Shown piece by piece: positions 6,743-14,483 of a DNA stretch of 42,943 nt; position 1 is the stretch's first letter; every line of letters starts with the position of its first letter. Under the pieces are notes generated by a model. The model did no database searches. It worked only from the letters and a program-made list of their open reading frames with translations, and was not told the DNA's origin. Location of the stretch: positions 1 through 42,943 of IMG/VR virus record IMGVR_UViG_3300037524_001199. One strand, written 5' to 3'. Made by a program: the position numbers and the translations under genes. Origin of the DNA: a virus. Taxonomy: Duplodnaviria; Caudoviricetes.

Positions 6743-8235
6743 CCCGCTGGATTTCCCTCTTTTCCCCCGGCTGGGCCGCTTCCCGTGTCCATCACCAGGC
6801 GCGGCTCAAGCTGGCGACAAGATATTACGATGCCGCGACTCCGAACTCCCAACACCCCCGCCGTGGTAGTAATGCCAGCGCCGACGCGGTGATGGATCGG
6901 GCGCGAGGCAACCTGCGGGAGTACGGACGCTGGCTGGATGAGAATCACGATCTGGCGGTGGGCGTCCTCGATGACTTGGTGACCAACGTCATCGGTTGCG
7001 GCGCCGGCATTGAGCCGATGGCGACGACCGGACGCGAACCAGAGCCGGCCATTGCCTTCAATCGCCAGTTGACCGACTTGTGGAACGAGTTTTGGCAAGC
7101 CCCCGAGGTCACCGGCGAACTACCCGGCCCGGAACTGGAACGGCTGATCTGTCGTTCCTGGCTACGCGATGGTGAAGTGTTCGCTGCGCACGTCAACAAA
7201 TCCGGCGCGCCGTATGCCAGCCGTATCCCCTATGCGCTGGAAGTGCTAGAAGCCGATTTTGTCCCGTATGACCTACTGGACGCCGGCAATCGGATTGTCC
7301 ATGGCGTGCAGAAGGATGGCTGGGGCCGGCCTCTCGGTTACTACGTCATGAAGCAGCATCCAGGATCGACGATCAGCGTGCCGGGTAGTCGCTTTGAAAC
7401 CGTCTACCGCCCCGCCGAGCAGATGATGCACCTGAAATTAGTGCGTCGCCTGCACCAGACGCGCGGCGTGTCACTGTTCCATGCCGTGTTGACCCGGCTG
7501 GATGACCTCAAAGACTACGAAGAATCGGAGCGCATCGCCGCTCGCGTCGCTGCCGCCCTGACCGCGTTCATCAAGCGGGACTCGGGCCTGTCGGACGTGG
7601 TGACCGCCACGACCGGCGAAGACTCGACGGCCACGACCCGCGGCTTTGCGATGGAGCCGGGATTGATCTTTGATGGGCTGATGCCCGGTGAAGACGTGGG
7701 CCTGATTGATTCCAAGCGCCCGAACCCGAACCTCGAGGCGTTCCGCAATTCGATGTTGCGGGCGGTCGCCAGCGGCACCGGCACGCGCTTTTCCAGCATC
7801 GCCAAAAATTACAACGGCACGTACAGCGCCCAGCGCCAGGAACTCGTTGAAGCGGTCGCGCATTACCGCCGGCTGTTCAGCTACCTGCGCTATCGCTTCT
7901 ACTTGCCCGTCTGGCGGCGCTTCATTGACGCCGCCCGCCTGTCCGGGGCGTTGCGCTTGCCGCTGGGCATCAATGAAGCCAGCCTGTACACCCCGGAAAT
8001 TCGCCCCCCGCAGATGCCGTGGATTGACCCGAAGAAAGAGATTGAGGCGTTTGCGCTGATGGTGGAGGCAGGGTTCCGCAGTCGGCAACAAGTTATCCGC
8101 GATATGGGCGGCGACCCGGCCACGGTGGACGCGCAACTAGCGGCGGACCCGCTGGATATTCGCCCGCCGACTGAAACCGAAACGCCGGAAGCACCGAAAG
8201 ATGATACCGAGGACGATATGGAGGAAGCCGCATGA
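6730..8235 (+). CDS. Portal protein, lambda family
   Basis: YDAA…; RDGEVF; QTRGVSLFH; YSAQRQEL; MPWIDPKKE. Confidence 0.95.
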   Translation: MDALTRWISLFSPGWAASRVHHQARLKLATRYYDAATPNSQHPRRGSNASADAVMDRARGNLREYGRWLDENHDLAVGVLDDLVTNVIGCGAGIEPMATTGREPEPAIAFNRQLTDLWNEFWQAPEVTGELPGPELERLICRSWLRDGEVFAAHVNKSGAPYASRIPYALEVLEADFVPYDLLDAGNRIVHGVQKDGWGRPLGYYVMKQHPGSTISVPGSRFETVYRPAEQMMHLKLVRRLHQTRGVSLFHAVLTRLDDLKDYEESERIAARVAAALTAFIKRDSGLSDVVTATTGEDSTATTRGFAMEPGLIFDGLMPGEDVGLIDSKRPNPNLEAFRNSMLRAVASGTGTRFSSIAKNYNGTYSAQRQELVEAVAHYRRLFSYLRYRFYLPVWRRFIDAARLSGALRLPLGINEASLYTPEIRPPQMPWIDPKKEIEAFALMVEAGFRSRQQVIRDMGGDPATVDAQLAADPLDIRPPTETETPEAPKDDTEDDMEEAA

Positions 8236-8789
8236 GTATCGCCGGTAGTTTATGGGGAGCGATTCAGGGCGAAGCCTGGGACGATCTACGCTTTCCGGCT
8301 CAGGGCATTAACCCTGCCGGGGCGGTTGATGCGCCCTCTGTCGATACGACGGACTATCCCGGCACGCTGCTCTTTGTGCATAACGCCACCAAACTCATTG
8401 CGGGCGTGGCGCAGTTGCCGCATGCCTGGGTTGAGGGTTCGGCGATTCGCCCGCACGTCCACTGGTCGAAAACCACCAGCGCCAGCGGCGGCGTGGTCTG
8501 GCAGTTTTGCTACGCCATCGGCGCTATTGGCGGCACTTTCGGTACGTACTCGGAATGGGCGGACGGCACGCCGGCAGTGGCCGATGGCGATACCGCTCAT
8601 CTCCATGCACTGGACTCGTTCCCGGAAGTGGCGATGCCGAACTGTAAGGGTTCCGCAATGGTGGCTTGGCAAATCCGCCGCAAACACGACGCGACCGGTG
8701 ATGATTATGGCGCCGCCGCCCGGTTATGGGAGTTCGATTTTCACTACCGCGTCTACGGTCTGGGAAGCGAACAGGAATTCCCGACATGA
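8232..8789 (+). CDS. Hypothetical, probable virion beta-rich protein
   Basis: ATGA coupled to the portal; WDDLRFP…QLPHAWVEGSAIRPHVHW…FDFHY. Confidence 0.7.
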   Translation: MSIAGSLWGAIQGEAWDDLRFPAQGINPAGAVDAPSVDTTDYPGTLLFVHNATKLIAGVAQLPHAWVEGSAIRPHVHWSKTTSASGGVVWQFCYAIGAIGGTFGTYSEWADGTPAVADGDTAHLHALDSFPEVAMPNCKGSAMVAWQIRRKHDATGDDYGAAARLWEFDFHYRVYGLGSEQEFPT

Positions 8790-8968
8790 AGCGCTCGACT
8801 CCGGCCCCAGCGCCGTTGCCGGTGATCCGCCTGGACTGCCCGAAATGCGGGACTGTTATGCGCATCTATCGCATCACGGATACTTACCCGGTCAAGCTGC
8901 CCGGTTGTTGCCCGGCCTGCCTGTCCCAAATCCTGACCTACACCCCAGAGGCGATAAATGAATCGTGA
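8786..8968 (+). CDS. Small zinc-ribbon protein
   Basis: CPKC…CCPAC; ATGA coupling. Confidence 0.55.
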   Translation: MKRSTPAPAPLPVIRLDCPKCGTVMRIYRITDTYPVKLPGCCPACLSQILTYTPEAINES

Positions 8969-10985
8969 TATTGCCGGCCAGCGCTTTGAGCGGGAAGCGA
9001 CGCTGGAAACCCGGCGGATCGACGTAGATGCCCGCACGGTGCCGGCGGCGCTGTCGAGTGAGGCGCCGGTGCGGCGGTTCTATGGCCAGGAAATCCTGGT
9101 GCATACCGAGGACGCCATCGAACTGAGCCGGGCCGAAGGCGGGTTGCCGCTGCTATGGAAGCACGATGACGGTCAGCCGATTGGCCTGGTGGAGAAGGTG
9201 CGCGTCCAGGACGGCAAGCTGCGCGGCGTGCTGCGCTTTTCCGACAACCCGAAAGCCACGGAGATTTTCAACGATGTTCGCCAGGGCTTTCTCAAGAATA
9301 TTTCCATCGGCTACACCGTAGACCGATACGAAGAATCGGCGAACAGCGACATCGTCCGGGTGACCGGATGGACGTTGCTGGAGGCCAGTGTTGTGACCGT
9401 GCCCGCTGATGCAACGGTGGGCGTCAATCGTTCCCTACCAGGAGCTGTAACCATGTCTGATGAAAACAAGCCCGTCGAGATCGGCGGAACCGAAGGCGCT
9501 CCGGTAGTGGATATTGCCGCTGCCCGCCGTGAGCATCAAATCGCCAAAAAGGCCGGCGCCATTGAAGCCACCAAGGTAGAGCGGGCGCGCATCGCCAGCC
9601 TGCGGGAACTGTGGGATTTGCCCATCGTGCCGCGCAACGATTTCTACTTTGCGCAGTTGGAGCGGGCGATCAACGAGGGCTGGCCGCTGGACGGCGCCCG
9701 CAAAGTCTTGATGGACATCCTGGCCGGGGAAGCCGAGCCGGTCATTGATCCGGCGGCCTCTGAAGGTATCCGCGTGGCCTCTCATGAGGGCCGCTTGCCG
9801 CCGGTGATCGTGCCTGCCCGTCCGGGCAATCAGTCCCGAGCGCTGGGGCATATCCAGATGGGCCAGGATGCCAAGGACAAGTTTAAAGATGGGGTGATTC
9901 AGGGTCTACTGATCCGCGCCGGCATGATCACCAAGCGTGATGAGATTCAAAAAGCCCGCGAGGGCGGGATGATCGGTAAGAGCCTGAACAGTTTGGCGGG
10001 CGAATTTTTGCGGGTCATAGGCGAATCGACGCTGAATCTGTCCGACGAAGAGATGGTGAACCGGGCGTACAGCTACCGGGCCAGCGGGCAGACCACCAGC
10101 GATTTCACCAACATTCTCGCCAATGTCGCCAGCAAATCGATGCTGATGGGCTGGGACGAAGCGCCGGAAACCTGGCAAATCTGGACGCGACGCGGGCAAC
10201 TGCCTGATTTCAAAACAGCTGAAGTTTCCGGTATCAGCGGCTTTACCGGGCTGGATGTGGTGCCGGAAGACGGCGAGATCAGCTACGGCAAGTTCACCGA
10301 CCGGAAGGAAACCATCAAACTGGTCCAGTATGGCAAAAAGTATCGCCTGTCTCGCCAAGCCATCATCAACGACGATCTGCGGCACTTTACCGCCGTGCCT
10401 CGGGCTATGGGCCGGGCGGCCAATGCCAAGGTGGGCGACATTACCTATGCCATCCTGGATAGTGTCGGTCCGACGTTGAATCAGGACAGTATCGCGCTGT
10501 TCGATACCTCGACGCATAAAAATTACACAGCCGCGTCTACCGCGCCGACCGTGTCTACGCTCGGGACGGCGACCGTCGCCATGGCGTTGCAGAAAGACCC
10601 CAACAGCACCCGCGTGCTGAACATCCGCCCGCGTTACTTGCTCGTTCCGGTCACCCTGGAAGCTACTGCTCGTGTGTTGATGGCGTCGACCTACGATCCG
10701 GCGGGAACGGCGGGAACGCTCACCCCGAATCCCTATAACGGGCGCTTTGAGGTGGTTACCGATGCGCGTCTGGACGGCCAGACCTCCGGAACCGCCGCCT
10801 GGTATCTGCTCGGCGATCCAAATACCTATGATACTGTTGAGGTCGCGTTTCTCAACGGCGTCGCGGAACCGTACATGCGGGAAAACCCCGACTGGGCCGG
10901 TCAAGGGATGGAGTACATGGTGGGTGTGGACTTCGGTGTGTCAGCGCTGGACTTCAGAGCCATGCACAAGTATCGCGGTAGCTGA
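8958..10985 (+). CDS. Prohead protease (HK97/U35-type) fused to Mu gpT-like major capsid protein
   Basis: PLLWKHD…ISIGY…EASVVTVPAD protease; TSDF…DFK…LSRQAIINDDL…VEVAFLNG capsid. Confidence 0.92.
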   Translation: MNRDIAGQRFEREATLETRRIDVDARTVPAALSSEAPVRRFYGQEILVHTEDAIELSRAEGGLPLLWKHDDGQPIGLVEKVRVQDGKLRGVLRFSDNPKATEIFNDVRQGFLKNISIGYTVDRYEESANSDIVRVTGWTLLEASVVTVPADATVGVNRSLPGAVTMSDENKPVEIGGTEGAPVVDIAAARREHQIAKKAGAIEATKVERARIASLRELWDLPIVPRNDFYFAQLERAINEGWPLDGARKVLMDILAGEAEPVIDPAASEGIRVASHEGRLPPVIVPARPGNQSRALGHIQMGQDAKDKFKDGVIQGLLIRAGMITKRDEIQKAREGGMIGKSLNSLAGEFLRVIGESTLNLSDEEMVNRAYSYRASGQTTSDFTNILANVASKSMLMGWDEAPETWQIWTRRGQLPDFKTAEVSGISGFTGLDVVPEDGEISYGKFTDRKETIKLVQYGKKYRLSRQAIINDDLRHFTAVPRAMGRAANAKVGDITYAILDSVGPTLNQDSIALFDTSTHKNYTAASTAPTVSTLGTATVAMALQKDPNSTRVLNIRPRYLLVPVTLEATARVLMASTYDPAGTAGTLTPNPYNGRFEVVTDARLDGQTSGTAAWYLLGDPNTYDTVEVAFLNGVAEPYMRENPDWAGQGMEYMVGVDFGVSALDFRAMHKYRGS

Positions 10986-10999
10986 TCGCACAGACCCCT

Positions 11000-11030
11000 G
11001 CGCCGTTTCGGCGGCGCTTCCTCTCTTTTT
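11000..11030 (+). terminator. Hairpin/weak terminator after the capsid gene
   Basis: GCGCCGT-TTCG-GCGGCGC followed by pyrimidine tract TTCCTCTCTTTTT. Confidence 0.5.
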
Positions 11031-11045
11031 AGTGGAGTGATTCTC

Positions 11046-11432
11046 ATGTCTCAATCTCTTGCTGACGGCAGCGTCTTCAACTACACCGCGACGGGCGCCC
11101 TGCCGAATGGCTCGTTGATCGTGGTGGGCAACCGGGCGGGCGTCGCCCTGAATACCGCGACCGGCGCCGGTCAGGTCATCGCGCTGGGCCTGGAAGGCGT
11201 TTACAGCGTCGCCTGCTCCACGACCGGCACCATGGCTGCCGGCACTGCGGCCTATTACAAGATCGGCACCACCGGCACCAAGATTATGAAAGCCGCGGCA
11301 TTGGCGGCGGCGACCGGCACGACGAGCGGTATGGCGCGGGCGATCGGCATGTTCTGGGAAACCAAGACCTCGGGCGCGACACGCACCACCATCAAGGTCA
11401 AACTGGTCGGCGGCCCGATGCCCTGGGCGTAA
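11046..11432 (+). CDS. DUF2190-like capsid cement/decoration protein
   Basis: GSLIVVGNRAGVA…LEGVY…VKL pattern; follows gpT-type capsid. Confidence 0.75.
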   Translation: MSQSLADGSVFNYTATGALPNGSLIVVGNRAGVALNTATGAGQVIALGLEGVYSVACSTTGTMAAGTAAYYKIGTTGTKIMKAAALAAATGTTSGMARAIGMFWETKTSGATRTTIKVKLVGGPMPWA

Positions 11433-11435
11433 GCG

Positions 11436-11783
11436 ATGCCTGAGTCGCTGTTTGATGCCGTGATGCGCGCATCCGGCATTCCGGCGCTGGAGACGGCGTT
11501 CGGCGTACCGATGACGCACATCAATGACGAGGGCGACGAGGTCGCGGTGACCGGTATTCTGGAGTCCAGCATGGCGCCGGTCGGTGAATTCGGCGAACGC
11601 ATGGAGCCGCGCACCACCATCACCGTCGCCAAAAGCGCGGCGGTCGCGGTGGGCGATACCCTGCACTATGCCGGGGAGGTGACCGACGAAGACCCCTATC
11701 CTGATGATGTGGTCTGGACGATGGCGCAAATCATCGAGGACGACGGTTATCTGGTGCGATTCGCGGTGAGGCAGCAGGAATGA
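11436..11783 (+). CDS. Head-tail joining protein (gpFII-like)
   Basis: Size, position, VGDTL…DDG motif. Confidence 0.6.
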   Translation: MPESLFDAVMRASGIPALETAFGVPMTHINDEGDEVAVTGILESSMAPVGEFGERMEPRTTITVAKSAAVAVGDTLHYAGEVTDEDPYPDDVVWTMAQIIEDDGYLVRFAVRQQE

Positions 11784-12196
11784 GCAGCAATGCGACGCTG
11801 GCGATTCGCAATCTGGTGACCAAGCTGGGAACCGTCGGCACGGTCAGAACGGGCCGTTCGGCACTGGAAACCACCAGCGCGGATTTGCCGGTGATGACGG
11901 TGCGCAGTCTGGGCGATGCCCCGGCGGCGGAGCAGATTTATGACGACCGCAGCTATACCCGGCGCGTCGGGATTGAGGCGGTGTTGGATGTCAGCACGAC
12001 GGCGGCGTATCACGAATCCCTGGATGATCGGTTGTCGGCCATCCGGGCGGTGATTGTCCCGGACGTGACGACCGCCTATTGGCTGGGTGGCTATGCCCTG
12101 GACGTGCGGGAAACCGGAGCCACGATGCTGCATCCGGCGGATAACAGTGGCCTGGCCGTCGTTCAGGTCACTCTCGAATTTGACTACCTGGATTAA
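11780..12196 (+). CDS. Tail terminator-like protein
   Basis: Position; DLPVMTV…D…; C-terminal LEFDY strand. Confidence 0.6.
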   Translation: MSSNATLAIRNLVTKLGTVGTVRTGRSALETTSADLPVMTVRSLGDAPAAEQIYDDRSYTRRVGIEAVLDVSTTAAYHESLDDRLSAIRAVIVPDVTTAYWLGGYALDVRETGATMLHPADNSGLAVVQVTLEFDYLD

Positions 12197-12204
12197 AGGA
12201 TTTC

Positions 12205-12843
12205 ATGATTTCGATTAGCGTGTGCATTCCCACCACCGGATTATCCCGAGCGGAACATACTCTGAGCCTGGTCAATCTGGGGCTGTATTACATGCAGCAC
12301 CCGTTGTCGCCAGGACAGGAGCAGACCATTATTTTCCGCCACTACCAATCGTCCAGTATCAGCAACGGAAGGGAATCGCTGGTCATGAATTCATTGGCGG
12401 ACGGCGCGTCGCATGTGCTGTTTATCGATGAAGACATTGCGTTCGACATGGATGTTTTGCATACGCTGTTTGCCCGGAATTTGCCCATCGTGGCCTGTAA
12501 CTACCGCATTCGGTTCGAGGGATGCGGGTTCGCCGCCATGACGCCGGACCTGACGGGGCGCATCGCCACGACCGCCGAGTCGCCGGACCTGGAACCGTGC
12601 GGCGCGACCGGCCTGGGCATGGCGCTCATCGCCCGCGAAGTGTTTGAAGCGCTGCCGCATCCCTGGTTTCCACAGCATTGGTGCGCGGAGTCGATGACCT
12701 ACACGACGGAAGATTTACCGTTTTACATTGCGGCGACGGAAGCCGGTTTTACCCCGATGATTGATCATGCCGCGAGTCGGAAACTGCAACACATCGGCAG
12801 TTATCGCTATCGCTGGAATGATCCCCACGACCCCATGATTTGA
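12205..12843 (+). CDS. GT-A (family 2-like) glycosyltransferase
   Basis: ISVCIPT; GRESLV; HVLFIDEDI (DxD); GLGMALIAREVFE; TEDLPF; LQHIG. Confidence 0.85.
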   Translation: MISISVCIPTTGLSRAEHTLSLVNLGLYYMQHPLSPGQEQTIIFRHYQSSSISNGRESLVMNSLADGASHVLFIDEDIAFDMDVLHTLFARNLPIVACNYRIRFEGCGFAAMTPDLTGRIATTAESPDLEPCGATGLGMALIAREVFEALPHPWFPQHWCAESMTYTTEDLPFYIAATEAGFTPMIDHAASRKLQHIGSYRYRWNDPHDPMI

Positions 12844-12859
12844 TGTTCAGGAGTTTGCT

Positions 12860-13879
12860 ATGGCTACGCTCAGCAGTGCAGCGGTTTATTACGAATCCGG
12901 CCAATCCTCGGTCGCGTTTGCGGCGATGACCGACGCCGGCGCGCATACGATTTACACCACGACGACGAAACCGTGGTCACAAGTGGCCGGTTATGAATAT
13001 GTCGTCGCGCCCTATGGCCTAGCCACGGGCGGCGAAATCACCCCCGGAGCCAGTAACAACAAATTAGACATCGCCGCCGCCACCGCTTATATGGCGGGCG
13101 TATCCGGCGCTAGCGCCACGACCGGGCTGTTGACCGTCAACGCCAGTGTCGATACGGTCACCTGCACGCGCGGTTCAGGCGGTAATGCCTACATTCAAAA
13201 CGCCATTACGATCGACAGCACCGGCGCATATGCTGCGGTGGCCGGCACGGCGACAACTGCGTTCAGCACGACGCGAGGCGCAAACGGCGGCCCCCCGGCG
13301 ATTCCGTTGGGCAGTATCGAGATCGGCCACGTCAAATTCACCTCCACCGCCGATGCTGCGGTCGCCACGACCGAGATTTTCCAGGTCGTCGGCACCAACA
13401 CGGAACGATACGATTATCCGGTCTGGGCGGAAAATCCGATTGAGGGCAAAATCACCTTTGCCTCGGCCTTGCCCGTGATTCACGGCTCGGCGGCGGCCAC
13501 CGCCACGGCTACGAAAAAGGTCTACATCAAAGCGGCGACGCCGATCTTTGCCGAGATCAGTCGGGCGCGCGACTGGGTGCCGGCGGAAACCTCTAACTCC
13601 GTCAACAGCGAACAGTTTTACGATGGCCCAGTTGGATCATTTGCCAGCAGCTTAGGTCAGGCGTCGTTTACCGCGTCGCTCAATGACGGCGTGACGGATG
13701 CGCTGCTGGCGAAAAAGGGCAGCAACCTGCTGTTCAAGTTTTCGCCGGACAAGAACAAAGCGCCGTATCAGTTGACGCAGGGCGTTTTAGGGGTGAGCCG
13801 GACGTTTGCGGCGGGCACGAATCCAATCGCGACGTTCACGGTATCGGCCAGCCAGGCCAGCGTGGACTTTGCTTCATGA
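12860..13879 (+). CDS. Probable major tail tube protein
   Basis: AGGAG RBS; Ala/Thr/Ser-rich; lies before the chaperone and tape measure genes. Confidence 0.65.
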   Translation: MATLSSAAVYYESGQSSVAFAAMTDAGAHTIYTTTTKPWSQVAGYEYVVAPYGLATGGEITPGASNNKLDIAAATAYMAGVSGASATTGLLTVNASVDTVTCTRGSGGNAYIQNAITIDSTGAYAAVAGTATTAFSTTRGANGGPPAIPLGSIEIGHVKFTSTADAAVATTEIFQVVGTNTERYDYPVWAENPIEGKITFASALPVIHGSAAATATATKKVYIKAATPIFAEISRARDWVPAETSNSVNSEQFYDGPVGSFASSLGQASFTASLNDGVTDALLAKKGSNLLFKFSPDKNKAPYQLTQGVLGVSRTFAAGTNPIATFTVSASQASVDFAS

Positions 13880-14313
13880 CCTTTGATCTGGAGCGGTTCC
13901 GGGGCACGGCGCTCGCGCCCCGGCAAGCGACGGTTCCAGTCCCGGACCTCGAGTCATTCTTTTGCGGCGACGAGCCGGTCTGGATCGTGCGCGGGTTGAC
14001 CGGCGAGGAAATCGCCCGCTGCAATGAAAGCAACGCCCGCCATGCGACGATTGCCGCCGCCGTGCAGGCGCTGGCCAATAGCGCAGCGGCAAAAGCGGAA
14101 ACCGTCGAGGCCATGCAAAACCTGATCGGGTTCGGGACGGACGTACCGGAAGACCTGGCAAAACGATTTGATCACCTGACCTATGGCAGCGTCAGCCCGG
14201 TGATTGATCGGGCGCTGGCGGTCAAGTTGTTCGCCAGTTTCCCGATTGTGGCATACCAGTTGAGCAACAAAATTCTCGAACTGACCGGGCTGGGGCCGGA
14301 CGTGGGAAAATAG
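13876..14313 (+). CDS. Tail assembly chaperone (gpG-like)
   Basis: WIVRGLTGEE; ends G-GGA-AAA-TAG (slippery site). Confidence 0.8.
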   Translation: MTFDLERFRGTALAPRQATVPVPDLESFFCGDEPVWIVRGLTGEEIARCNESNARHATIAAAVQALANSAAAKAETVEAMQNLIGFGTDVPEDLAKRFDHLTYGSVSPVIDRALAVKLFASFPIVAYQLSNKILELTGLGPDVGK

Positions 14314-14483
14314 CCGCACTCTACAGTGACCCTACGGTGGGAATGGCAATGACGCTATGCGACATGAAGGGCCGATTCTTGTATGAGTGTCGGCCTGATT
14401 TGTTTCCGCAACGCCAGCTCACGGCTGTTGAGTGCGCTTTGTGGGGTCAGTATTATCACGACAAACAACGCAGCAAAACCTAA
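14304..14483 (+). CDS. -1 frameshift extension (gpGT-like)
   Basis: GGGAAAA at 14304-14310; the -1 frame is open (IAALYSDP…ECALWGQYYHDKQRSKT) to TAA 14481-14483, which overlaps the tape-measure ATG. Confidence 0.85.
   Translation, partial: GKIAALYSDPTVGMAMTLCDMKGRFLYECRPDLFPQRQLTAVECALWGQYYHDKQRSKT

Noticed and set aside
9906-11729. Long antisense ORFs (9906-10904, 10941-11729; likewise 37256-38320)
   Set aside because: Shadow frames of GC-rich structural genes with no motifs or RBS
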